Source of the DNA: Actinomycetota bacterium
GTDB taxonomy: Bacteria; Actinomycetota; Thermoleophilia; RBG-16-64-13
NCBI GenBank assembly: GCA_018830645.1
Contig: JAHJSA010000023.1
Coordinates: forward strand, 7,482-71,481
Reading direction: 5' to 3'
DNA length: 64,000 nucleotides
The translations under genes were made by a program, and so were the position numbers. Positions 44,603 through 53,486 of this stretch are shown in pieces (within the stretch, counting starts at the first letter, position 1; each line of letters begins with the position of its first letter). A model generated the notes under the pieces. That model did not search any database. It was not told the DNA's origin and saw only the letters and a list, made by a program, of their open reading frames with translations.

Positions 44603-46063
44603 CTACTCCTCCGCCGAGACGATGATCTTCTTCATCGCCTCGTGGACCGCGGGATCGAGCGGCATCGCCTCGTGGGTCTTCAGCAGATCGGCGGCCATAG
44701 CCTCGGCACGCGTCGCCACGTCGGTCCCACCTTTCTTCGTCCATGCTCCCCGCGTACGCCTGTCGAAGAGCTTCACCTTCGACTGCTCCGAGGGCATGTA
44801 CTTCAGCGTGTGCTTCTCCTTCAGGAAGTTCTTGCCCGAACCGATCTTGTGGATCACCTCGGTGCCGATGGTGTCGTTGTCCACGGGTGAACCGCGCACC
44901 ACGCGCTTGACCATCGAGGCGATCTCGTTGTCGATCAGGAGCTGTCCGTAGGAGAACGTGACACCCAGTTCGAGCATCCCCATACCGTATATCAGGTTGG
45001 ACCCTGCCAACGCTGGTAGCAGACTGGTGATGGTTTTCTCGTGCCCGGCCTGAGCGTCGATCACTTTGCTATCCGCCTAACCACCGGCAACGTAGCTCGG
45101 CAGATTGTAGTAGTTGGACAGTTCGGCCACCGCCGCGGAGATCATGCCCAGCTCTGGCGCCCCTACGGGGGCCGTGGCGTAGGTCATGTCGAACATGGTG
45201 GTGGAGCTTCCGTACATGGCGGGAGCGCCCTTGCTGGTGAGCTGCGCCAGCGTGAGGCCGGCCAGCACCTCTGCGTTGTGGGTGACCAGCGTGCCCGATA
45301 CCGACACCGGGCTCGATGCGCCCGACATGGCCATGCTGAGCACGTTGATGGGGCATCCCCAGCGCGCGCTCTCCATGATGACCTCGCAGGTCACCGTGTG
45401 GAGCATCAGGGGGCTGGTGGGGCACACCAGGGTGGAGACCAGCGGCCTCTCCCGGAGCTCCCTGTCGCCGCCCGCGATGAGCGCGGCCATCTCGAACATC
45501 TTGCGGGCGTTGGCACCCGAAGAGACGTCGATGTGATGCACGTGCTTACTCGTGTTCAGGAACGCGGCTTCGAGCATGTGCAGGTCGTATGAGGCGTCGG
45601 GCATGTCGCGAGCGACGACGGCCGTCGAGTACACGTCGACGTTCTCCATCGCGTCGCAGGCGAGCGCCGTCCTTCCCATGTCTTCCTTTGTGGTCTCGTT
45701 CACTTCGCCCGTCTCGGGATCGGTGACCATGATCCCGCAGCCGAAGTTGGTGTAGCCCACGTGCTTGCCGCCCATCCAGTAGTCGTACCTGGGATCGCGC
45801 GCCGCGAGCAGGATGCTGCTCGGGCACGACGCCAGGGCTTCCTCGACCACGTAGGCCGGGAACTTCACGATCTTGGTGGCACGATCGACGATGCAGCCGC
45901 CCTCTTCGAGAACGTCCACTGCTTCCTCGAGATGAACCTCGACCCCGGTCAGCCGGAGGACTTCCAGCGTGGCGTCGTGGATGGCGTCGAGCTGACTGCT
46001 CGAGTACATCCTGAGACCCCAGCCTTGGTATTCCTCCGTACTGGCTCTCGGTCCTCGGATCAT
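44603..46063 (-). CDS. mttB: Trimethylamine:corrinoid methyltransferase 2, Pyl at codon 329 (TAG 45077-45079), 486 aa
   Basis: YVAGG-TAG-ADSKVIDAQAGHEKT in frame; adjacent to a corrinoid protein. Confidence 0.95.
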
Positions 46064-46106
46064 GTGCGCACCTCCTTTCTCTCGCTCGTAGTGACAGGCC
46101 GTCTCA

Positions 46107-46760
46107 CTAGGAGACGGCTTCCTTGGCCTTCGCCACCGTCTCGGTGGCGCTCTCGGCGTAGACATCCGCGCCGATCTTGTCGGCCCAGTGCTGGGTGGCG
46201 GCGGCGCCGCCCACCATCGTCTTCACATTCCCCCTGATGCCCGCCTCGGTGAGGGCCGCCTCCAACTTGGCCTGATTCACCATGGTGGTGGTCATGAGGG
46301 CCGAGCTACCCACCAGATCGGCGTTGGTCTCCTGCGCCATGCGGACGAATTCGCCGATGGCCACGTCGCGGCCAAGGTCATGCACCTCGAACCCGGACAC
46401 GCCGAGAAGCGTGCCCACGATCGTCTTTCCGATGTCGTGCACGTCACCTTCGATCGTGCCGATGACCACCGTGCCGAGCTTCTCGACCGCCGATGCTTCG
46501 GGCAGGGCCTCTTCCAGTATTGCAAGCGCGGCCGTCATGCAGTCCGCGGCGATGATCATCTCGGGAAGGCTCATCTCTTCCGCCTCGAACATCTCCCCGG
46601 CCCGGCGCATGCCCACCGTGAACCCTTCCTGCAGGAGCCGGACTGGATCTAGACCGCTCTCCAACGCATCCTTGGCCAGCTGTACCGCACCGTCCTCATC
46701 GATGTCGAGGACGAGCTCCTGCGCCTTCTGGATGGCTTCCTCCATGCTAAGTGTCGCCAT
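46107..46760 (-). CDS. mttC: Corrinoid protein (TMA cognate by position)
   Basis: GDVHDIGK, DLGRDV, SALMTTT, MVGGA; stop is tandem TAG-TGA. Confidence 0.9.
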   Translation of the reverse strand: MATLSMEEAIQKAQELVLDIDEDGAVQLAKDALESGLDPVRLLQEGFTVGMRRAGEMFEAEEMSLPEMIIAADCMTAALAILEEALPEASAVEKLGTVVIGTIEGDVHDIGKTIVGTLLGVSGFEVHDLGRDVAIGEFVRMAQETNADLVGSSALMTTTMVNQAKLEAALTEAGIRGNVKTMVGGAAATQHWADKIGADVYAESATETVAKAKEAVS

Positions 46761-46874
46761 GTACCGGTTCACCTCCTCTCATCCGTCTTCGTCACTGTCT
46801 TCCCTCGATCACTCCTCGCGCCGAACAACAGAGTTCGACCCCACGGAGCACGTCAACCGCCCGTTGCGCGCACG

Positions 46875-46991
46875 TCAGAGCTTCTTGACGAACGTACGAG
46901 CTTGATAGAGCGCCAGAGCCGGCAGAGTCACGAACAGGATGATCGCAACCGCCGGACCCGCTCCGAAAGCCCAGAACTCACTCACGTTCAC
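46875..46991 (-). CDS. Small 38-aa single-pass membrane protein (not in ORF track)
   Basis: SD AAGGAGG then GTG; MNVSEFWAFGAGPAVAIILFVTLPALALYQARTFVKKL. Confidence 0.7.
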   Translation of the reverse strand: MNVSEFWAFGAGPAVAIILFVTLPALALYQARTFVKKL

Positions 46992-47005
46992 GTAAGACCA
47001 CCTCC

Positions 47006-47299
47006 TTAGACCAGGAGCCCAGTATCGCTCATGCGCTGACGGCCGAACTCGGTAAGGCTGTACTTGAGCAGTATCTTCTCCTTCCCGAAGCTCTTGCTCG
47101 GATCAATGGTCTCCTCGATGGCATCGATGAGCCCCCCCGAGTAGAGGTCCGCAAGGGTGACCCGGTTGTTGCCGTACCAGTACTCGCCCTCGAGACCGCC
47201 GTACTCGGCGTTCAGTAACTCAGCGAGTTCGTAGTCCCACTTGGCTCCCTCGGTCTGCAGGATCTGCAGCAGGCGCCCTTTCATGTGTAGCTTCGCCAC
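47006..47299 (-). CDS. Hypothetical 97-aa protein, possibly winged-helix
   Basis: SD GAGGGG then GTG; coding-like codon use; C-terminal YSLTEFG resembles a wHTH wing. Confidence 0.7.
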   Translation of the reverse strand: MAKLHMKGRLLQILQTEGAKWDYELAELLNAEYGGLEGEYWYGNNRVTLADLYSGGLIDAIEETIDPSKSFGKEKILLKYSLTEFGRQRMSDTGLLV

Positions 47300-47315
47300 G
47301 TATCCCCCTCTCAGC

Positions 47316-48395
47316 TTAGCTGCCCGCAGTGTCCGAGTTCTCCGATGAGCCCCCAAGATGCGAGACCGATCGGATGACCTCAAGAACATCGCGGCGCTCG
47401 GTGTACATGATCACTCCACCGGCGATGACGATCAGGCCGCCGATCAGGAAGTTCAGGTCAGGCATGGTCAAGGTGAAGATGCCCAGGAAGATTATGGCGA
47501 ACACCCCGTAGAAATCGGCGATCGCCTGCCCGCGACCCACACCGATGAGCGGGAACGACTTATACCACGATACGTAGCAGAAGCCGAATGTCAGCCCGGC
47601 CAACAGCAACCACACGAGGTTCGTGAAGTGAAGCGCATCGACGAGCATCGTGATCGCATCGCCGCCGGTGAGGATCGCCGTGACCGGCAAGATGAGAACT
47701 ACCCAATAGAGAACCTCGGCCGTGAAGCGGATCGTGAGCCCCACGTCTGGGTCTACTACATCGAGCGCCCGACCGGCGAACGCGCCTTCGATACCCCAGC
47801 CCGTCGCAGCCATGATCCCGCCCACGTAGCCGAGCCACGAGCCGGTGCCCGTACCGGTCATCTCAGCGAGGATCCCCGGTGCGTAGACGACCAGACCTCC
47901 GCCAACGATCACCAGGATGCCGAGTGCCGCCCGGGTGGTTATCTTCTCTGCATACCAGACCCGGGCCAAGCCGGCGCCCACAATCGGATAGAGCAGGGCG
48001 GCAACAGCCGCGAAGACACCGCCAACGTAGCCGATGGCAAGAAAGCTACCGAAGATCGCCATGGGACCGCCGAAGACCGCTCCTGCGAAGAACCACTTCG
48101 AGACCTTGCGCATCTGCCGAATAGTCCTACCGTATTCCCGCATCTTGCCCAACACCGCAACCCAGACGTACATCGCGAGCAGCACAGCGATGGCGTTGAG
48201 CGCGGTGATAACCGCTGCCGCCATCAGGAAGTCCCTGGTTGTATCGGCGATGGCGTTGAACGGCGCTTCGTACCAGATCGCGGTGCCGGGCACGTACCAG
48301 GCACCCCACAGCACAGCGCACCACAGCGCCCACACGAACCCCCACCGCACCGACCGCTCGGTGTGATCCCTTCGTGCCTTCGTCAGATCCGACAT
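47316..48395 (-). CDS. DMT/EamA-family permease, MttP-like methylamine transporter
   Basis: About 10 hydrophobic segments, W.IEG, PLIGVGRG; sits in the mtt operon. Confidence 0.8.
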   Translation of the reverse strand: MSDLTKARRDHTERSVRWGFVWALWCAVLWGAWYVPGTAIWYEAPFNAIADTTRDFLMAAAVITALNAIAVLLAMYVWVAVLGKMREYGRTIRQMRKVSKWFFAGAVFGGPMAIFGSFLAIGYVGGVFAAVAALLYPIVGAGLARVWYAEKITTRAALGILVIVGGGLVVYAPGILAEMTGTGTGSWLGYVGGIMAATGWGIEGAFAGRALDVVDPDVGLTIRFTAEVLYWVVLILPVTAILTGGDAITMLVDALHFTNLVWLLLAGLTFGFCYVSWYKSFPLIGVGRGQAIADFYGVFAIIFLGIFTLTMPDLNFLIGGLIVIAGGVIMYTERRDVLEVIRSVSHLGGSSENSDTAGS

Positions 48396-48716
48396 CTATC
48401 GACCCCCTTTCGTGCGATGCCTAGCAGCATCGCAGCCTCTAGAAACCCACCGACTCCAGATCCTCAGTGCCGATCCCCCCTCTCTTCGAGCCTCGGTGTA
48501 CTTGTATGGACAGGTACGCGAGAATGTCCGCGCCCCGGACGACCGCCTCATGATACCTGGACGCACCAACAATACGCAACAGACTCGCACCCATCCTGAA
48601 AGCCGCAGTGACCCCTGTCTCGTGCCTAGACAGGCTTGAGACACCACGGCCGCGACCCCCTGAGCAATCCGCTCGTGTGGGTGGCGCACCGAGCGCGGCA
48701 ACAGCCCGGGGGTGGG

Positions 48717-49910
48717 TCAACGAGCACCTCCCCCTATCGACCCAGTCCGTACGCTCACCGGGTCAGGCGTCGCCGACAACCCGGAGTCGCGCGCGAGCCG
48801 GCGAACGGCCTCCTCCGCGCGGGCACGTGCGTCTACCGCGTCGACGCCTACGCAGATCATGGTGGCCGACCAGGTCTCTCGCCCCTCGGCACGGTCCGTG
48901 AGCACCTCGTCCGCGCCGAAGGCGTCTTCCAGGAGCCGCAGCGGCCCCGCCGTGCTCATCACGTGTTCCCCGAGAACCTCCAGGCTGCCCATGGAGGCGT
49001 GCACGTGTTGGTAGCAGACTCCACGACCGCCCGGGGGCAGTGAGCCGGGGAGACCGGCGCCACGTGCGATATCCGCGACCAACGCCACCACATTGAGTCC
49101 CGTGGAGTGCAGTACCGCGGTGGGCGTCTGGCTGGGTAGCCGCGCGTCGATCTCGATCAGCCGCGGAACGTCGCCGTCCAACATGACCTCGACGTCCATG
49201 AGACCCACGAGCCCCATGCGTTCGGCAAGACGCACCCCGGCAGCGGACATGGCCTCGAGAGACCCTCCGGCCGCGGTCACCGGAGCGACCACGCGCTTGC
49301 AGTCGTACACGTGGTCGAACTCGAGCAACGTGGGCACCAGAGGCAGCGCCCCATCCGGCGTCCCGATCACCTCCAACGACAGCGAAGGCCCGTCGACGTA
49401 CTGCTGCACGACGACTTCATGACCCGCGGTCTCGAGCCTCTCTCGAGCCGCTTCGAGGTCGCTCTCGGTCCAGACGACGCTCACCCCCTCGCTGCCGCTC
49501 GACCCGCTCGGCTTGACCACCGCGGGGAAGCCGCACTCGGGCCACGGTAGGGGCCGCGGAACATCCAGTTCGGCGAAGAGACGGTCGGAACGAAGCTTCG
49601 AGCAGGAGAGCTCGTAGGAAGGAAGGTGGAAGGCCAGAGGTACACCCCAGGACGGCACGACTTCGCTCAGCCACCGCAGGGTCTTCAGGTCTTCGCAGGC
49701 GGGCAGGATCACGTCGCACGCTCCGAGCACCACCCGCGCTCGTTTCACGTCGGCCGTGACGTCGAACACGTGGCTCTCTGTTGCCAATCCCGAGGCGGGC
49801 GTGGCGGGCGCCCTATCGACGAGGACAACCTCGAATCCAGCCTTGATGCCCAAATAGACCGCCTCGGTCCCTTGTAGACGTCCTCCCACGACGCCCAGGC
49901 GCATCACCAC
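48717..49910 (-). CDS. pylC: 3-methylornithine--L-lysine ligase
   Basis: GGRLQGTEAVYL, VVKPSGSSGS, GPSLSLEV, YDCKRV, EIDARLPSQTP, GEHVM. Confidence 0.95.
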   Translation of the reverse strand: MVMRLGVVGGRLQGTEAVYLGIKAGFEVVLVDRAPATPASGLATESHVFDVTADVKRARVVLGACDVILPACEDLKTLRWLSEVVPSWGVPLAFHLPSYELSCSKLRSDRLFAELDVPRPLPWPECGFPAVVKPSGSSGSEGVSVVWTESDLEAARERLETAGHEVVVQQYVDGPSLSLEVIGTPDGALPLVPTLLEFDHVYDCKRVVAPVTAAGGSLEAMSAAGVRLAERMGLVGLMDVEVMLDGDVPRLIEIDARLPSQTPTAVLHSTGLNVVALVADIARGAGLPGSLPPGGRGVCYQHVHASMGSLEVLGEHVMSTAGPLRLLEDAFGADEVLTDRAEGRETWSATMICVGVDAVDARARAEEAVRRLARDSGLSATPDPVSVRTGSIGGGAR

Positions 49911-51001
49911 TGGGCCTGCGCCCTCAACCCCGGAGCCTGCGTCCCGGCGAGCCAGCCTTCGTACTCCGGCAAGGAGGCCACCTTCAACCCGAGGGGAGCG
50001 AGATGCCGCTCCACTCCGGCCACGGTACGGAAGCCCTCATCGATGTCGAGCGTTGACTGTGAGACTCCGGCCAGCCCGCTTGCGGGAGGGATGATGGATG
50101 TGACGACGTTGGCGCCCGCACGCAGGCGGGCCTCCAGACCCCGAAGGCCGTCGATGTCGAGAGAGGCTGGGATCAGGCGATCGGGCATGGTGAGCCGCAT
50201 GGTGGCTAAGGTGACCATCTCGGCCAGCAGGGTGGGCGTGTCGAGGCCGCCCATAGGAGTGCCCTTCTGGGGGACGAAGCCCATCACCCGCACCTGCTGC
50301 ACACCCTGCGCCCTCATGGTGACGAGGGAGCGCGCCCGGTCGGCGGCCGTCTCGCCCACACCCAGAAGGATGCCGTCTTCAGCGTGTAGTCCAGCGCCCA
50401 GGGCCCGGCTCCTCGCGCCGACACGCGCCGCGAAATCCTGCCCCGGCCGAAGCTTGCGGAACAACTGCGGTGAGTGGGTCTCCTGGTAGCAGGCATACCA
50501 GTCGGCCCCCGCCTCGGCGAGCTGCCGCAGCACGGCATCCGGCACCACGCCCGGAGACACCATCACCGGCACCCCTGCCGCTCCTCGGACGTCCGCCACG
50601 AGTTCCACCAGATGGTCGAACCGGCCGGCGTCGTGGATCTCCGGGTCCTCCCCCAGGGTCAGATCCACGAGGTGCACGCCCGAGCCGGCCAAGCCGCAGG
50701 CTATCTCGACCACCTCAGCCGCGGTCTTGCGGTACCGGGGACTCGCGTCGTTGCCCTTGCGGTAGAAGCAGAACGTACAGCGATTGCGGCAATACGTCGA
50801 GAAGTAGACGAAACCGTATAGAAAGATCTTGCGCCCGAAGTAGCGCTCCCTCAGTCTCTGCGCGGTGTCGAAGATGAGAGCGGCCTCATCCGGCTCCTGC
50901 ACTTCGAGCAGCGTCTCGATCTCGGGCACCCGGAGGCGTTCCCCCGCGAGCGCGCGCTCGACGATCGCTTCCACTTCCCGGCGTCGTGGCCGTCCGGTCA
51001 C
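49904..51001 (-). CDS. pylB: 3-methylornithine synthase (radical SAM)
   Basis: YGFVYFSTYCRNRCTFC, DLTLGED, MVSPG, YACYQET, LIPASLDIDG, GANVVTSIIP. Confidence 0.96.
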   Translation of the reverse strand: MTGRPRRREVEAIVERALAGERLRVPEIETLLEVQEPDEAALIFDTAQRLRERYFGRKIFLYGFVYFSTYCRNRCTFCFYRKGNDASPRYRKTAAEVVEIACGLAGSGVHLVDLTLGEDPEIHDAGRFDHLVELVADVRGAAGVPVMVSPGVVPDAVLRQLAEAGADWYACYQETHSPQLFRKLRPGQDFAARVGARSRALGAGLHAEDGILLGVGETAADRARSLVTMRAQGVQQVRVMGFVPQKGTPMGGLDTPTLLAEMVTLATMRLTMPDRLIPASLDIDGLRGLEARLRAGANVVTSIIPPASGLAGVSQSTLDIDEGFRTVAGVERHLAPLGLKVASLPEYEGWLAGTQAPGLRAQAQW

Positions 51002-51012
51002 CTGCGAACCCC

Positions 51013-51900
51013 CTATTCCTCCGCGACCGGATGCGATCCCGGCCGGGTGCCTTGTACGTTGAGGCGCGCCCCGTCGAGGTACACGAGACTCCTCCCTACC
51101 GGGTGGATACGAGACCCACCCGTCTGCATCATGGCTAGACGCTCGAGGCCGAACCCCCACCCGGCCCACGGACCGTTGACGCCCCACTGCTCGTCGAGTG
51201 GGTGCGGTCCGACGACGCCTGAGGCCACCTCGATGCCGCGCACCTCCACATCGAACGTCGCGCCATATACGCCGGAATCGGTCTCGACGATCTTGTATTG
51301 CAGGCCCAGGGGCCTCATGGCGACATCGGCCAGCATCCGCAGGCGATCGGCGGGGTCGCCGCTCGGCTCGAACTCCACAAGGTTGAGCATGGTGAACTCC
51401 GAGAGGTGGTTCGAGCCCTTCGACTCCTTGCGGAAACAGGGTCCCACTTCGAAGATGCTCACGGGGGGCGGCCATAGCCGTTGGAGGTGACTGAGCAGGT
51501 AGTAGAGGTTCGGTGCCAGCATCGGGCGCAGGCATCGGTCGGTGTCGACCCAGTACACCTGGCGCCAGAGCGGGTGTACTTCACCGATCCCCATCTTCGC
51601 CAGGGCGCCCTTGCTCATCATGAGCGGCGTGGCCACCTCGACGAAACCATCCGCCACCAGCGCCGCGACCAAGACCGACTCCACCGTGCGCAGCACCGGG
51701 CGTCGCCTCTCGGTGCGCAGAGAGTCGAGCCGATCGACGTTCGCCTGGCTGAGTTCCCGATGGTTCCCCTCGTAGCGGGCGTCGCGCTCCTCAGCCGAGT
51801 CGAACGTGTCGGCCAGCGCGGCATCGTCAAGCCCGATCTCGGCTAAGCGCTGCCTCTGCTGCGGCGAGAATCCGAGTGCGATGTCTCCCTGGCCTATCAC
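51013..51900 (-). CDS. pylSc: Pyrrolysyl-tRNA synthetase catalytic subunit
   Basis: CLRPMLAPNLY, FEVGPCFRKES, HLSEFTMLNLV, GFGLERL; GTG 51900 overlaps the pylSn TGA. Confidence 0.97.
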   Translation of the reverse strand: MIGQGDIALGFSPQQRQRLAEIGLDDAALADTFDSAEERDARYEGNHRELSQANVDRLDSLRTERRRPVLRTVESVLVAALVADGFVEVATPLMMSKGALAKMGIGEVHPLWRQVYWVDTDRCLRPMLAPNLYYLLSHLQRLWPPPVSIFEVGPCFRKESKGSNHLSEFTMLNLVEFEPSGDPADRLRMLADVAMRPLGLQYKIVETDSGVYGATFDVEVRGIEVASGVVGPHPLDEQWGVNGPWAGWGFGLERLAMMQTGGSRIHPVGRSLVYLDGARLNVQGTRPGSHPVAEE

Positions 51901-52262
51901 ACGAACGAGGTGCTCTCGAACTTCTCGAGCTTCCAGGATGGTATACGGCACCGCGGACACGGCTCGTCGTAGATCTTGTTGCGCAGATGACGGGCGACCC
52001 GACTGTTCCGGGAGTTCCGCATGCGGATGTCATGCCCGCAGTGCGTCTGCAACTCCACGAACCCGCCCCTGAGCTTCACCGAACGGACGCCATGCAACAG
52101 GCCGGTCTTCGACGGCCACAGCTTCACCTTCTCGATCACCCCGTAGGGGGCGGCATGCCGCCGCACCGTGCGCTTCTTCGCGCCGGGGATAGGAGCCAAG
52201 ACCCAGTCGGGCAGCTTCCCGCCTGTCCCAACGTCTCCGTTCGTGGAGCCGACCACGTCCAC
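51897..52262 (-). CDS. pylSn: Pyrrolysyl-tRNA synthetase N-terminal (tRNA-binding) subunit
   Basis: KVKLWPSKTGLLHG, THCG, NSRNSRVARHLRNK, CPRCRIP.WKL. Confidence 0.96.
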   Translation of the reverse strand: MDVVGSTNGDVGTGGKLPDWVLAPIPGAKKRTVRRHAAPYGVIEKVKLWPSKTGLLHGVRSVKLRGGFVELQTHCGHDIRMRNSRNSRVARHLRNKIYDEPCPRCRIPSWKLEKFESTSFV

Positions 52263-52307
52263 CTACCGCCCGCCCTTCCTCTCACCACTCTCTTCTGCAT
52301 GATGGTG

Positions 52308-52379
52308 TGGAGGAGAGTCCGGGAGTCCAACCCGGCTACGAAGATTTAGAGTCTCCGCGGTCATGCCGACCAACCCTCC
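52308..52379 (-). tRNA. pylT: tRNA-Pyl (CUA), 72 nt, CCA encoded, U73
   Basis: GGAGGGT/ACTCTCC acceptor, single U8, 4-bp D stem with 5-nt loop, 6-bp anticodon stem, CT-CTA-AA loop, 3-nt variable loop, non-canonical T loop. Confidence 0.97.
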
Positions 52380-52384
52380 TTGTT

Positions 52385-52440
52385 GCCGGCCGCCGGGCGG
52401 CCGGCTCGGGGTGCACCGCCCGTCTGTGGGGCGGTGCACC
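52385..52440 (-). other. Two tandem GC hairpins between the MT2 gene and pylT
   Basis: GCCGGCCGCC/GGCGGCCGGC and GGTGCACCGCCC/GGGCGGTGCACC. Confidence 0.6.
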
Positions 52441-52457
52441 ACTACTCGTAGGCGGTC

Positions 52458-53474
52458 TTAGACCGCCGCCTCTTCCGCGGCCTCCACCATGGCCCTCAGG
52501 TTCTCGGTCTCCGCCGAAGGCGGCACCGAGCAGCCGGGAGCGATCATGTCGTAGCCATCGGCCAGAGCCTTACGCACGTCGTTCTTCACGTCCTCGGGCG
52601 TGCCGGAGAAGAGCGTCACCACCGCGTCCACACCGCCGATCAGGGCGATGTGCCGGGGGAACCCGCGCAGCACCTCTTTGGCGGCGACGGCATCCACCGA
52701 CGGCTCCACGCTGATCGCGGTCACACCGGTCTCGGCGACCTCCGCCATGATCGGGTTGAGCTTCCCGCAGATGTGCATGATCGTGAGAACGCCGGGGAGG
52801 TTGGCGATCTGCTTCGCCTCATACGGCTGAGCGAGGTTGCGGAAGATGGGCGGGCTGATCACGTCGATCGAGGCCATCATGTCTTCGATGACGATGATGT
52901 CCGCACCCGCGTCCACAAGGGCTTTGCCCAGCATGGTGCCGGCCTGCTCGGCCACTTCCATGAGGGGCACCAGGCTCTCCGGCTTCTTGAAACTCGCCTT
53001 GAGTGCGTCGGTGATGCCGATCAGATTGGCCACGATCGAGAAGGGGCCGACGATGTTGCCCATCACCGCGACATCGTCGCCAACGGCTTCCTTCATCAGC
53101 CGCACGGCCTCGATCAATTCAGGCACGCGTCCGCGGGTGAGGAAGTCGTCGGGAAGAGCGATCTCGTCCCCGGCGTGGAAGGCGTGCACGTCGATACGCG
53201 GGATACCCTCGCGCCCGGCGTACTTGACGGTGCAGCCCAGAGCCTCGCTCTCGACGGTCTGGCAGTACGGGGCACGCACAGCGTCGAAGCCGAGTACGGA
53301 GTGGGCCGCCAGAGCCAGTTTGGCCATCGACTCGGCCTTCTGGTGGGCCTCCGGCCATTCCGCTCCACACGCGTCCATCTGCGCATAGGTCGCCGTCTGG
53401 TTGGCCGAGAAGACCGGTGGACGGTCCACGGGCAAACCGGCAAGCGCTGCTAGTACACGTTCCTTCGAAGTCAT
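52458..53474 (-). CDS. MtaA/MtbA/CmuA-family methylcobamide methyltransferase (URO-D fold, MT2)
   Basis: DRPPV, PYCQTVESEALG, GPFS, Zn-ligand motifs MHICG and APGC. Confidence 0.88.
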   Translation of the reverse strand: MTSKERVLAALAGLPVDRPPVFSANQTATYAQMDACGAEWPEAHQKAESMAKLALAAHSVLGFDAVRAPYCQTVESEALGCTVKYAGREGIPRIDVHAFHAGDEIALPDDFLTRGRVPELIEAVRLMKEAVGDDVAVMGNIVGPFSIVANLIGITDALKASFKKPESLVPLMEVAEQAGTMLGKALVDAGADIIVIEDMMASIDVISPPIFRNLAQPYEAKQIANLPGVLTIMHICGKLNPIMAEVAETGVTAISVEPSVDAVAAKEVLRGFPRHIALIGGVDAVVTLFSGTPEDVKNDVRKALADGYDMIAPGCSVPPSAETENLRAMVEAAEEAAV

Positions 53475-53486
53475 CACACCTCTCAC

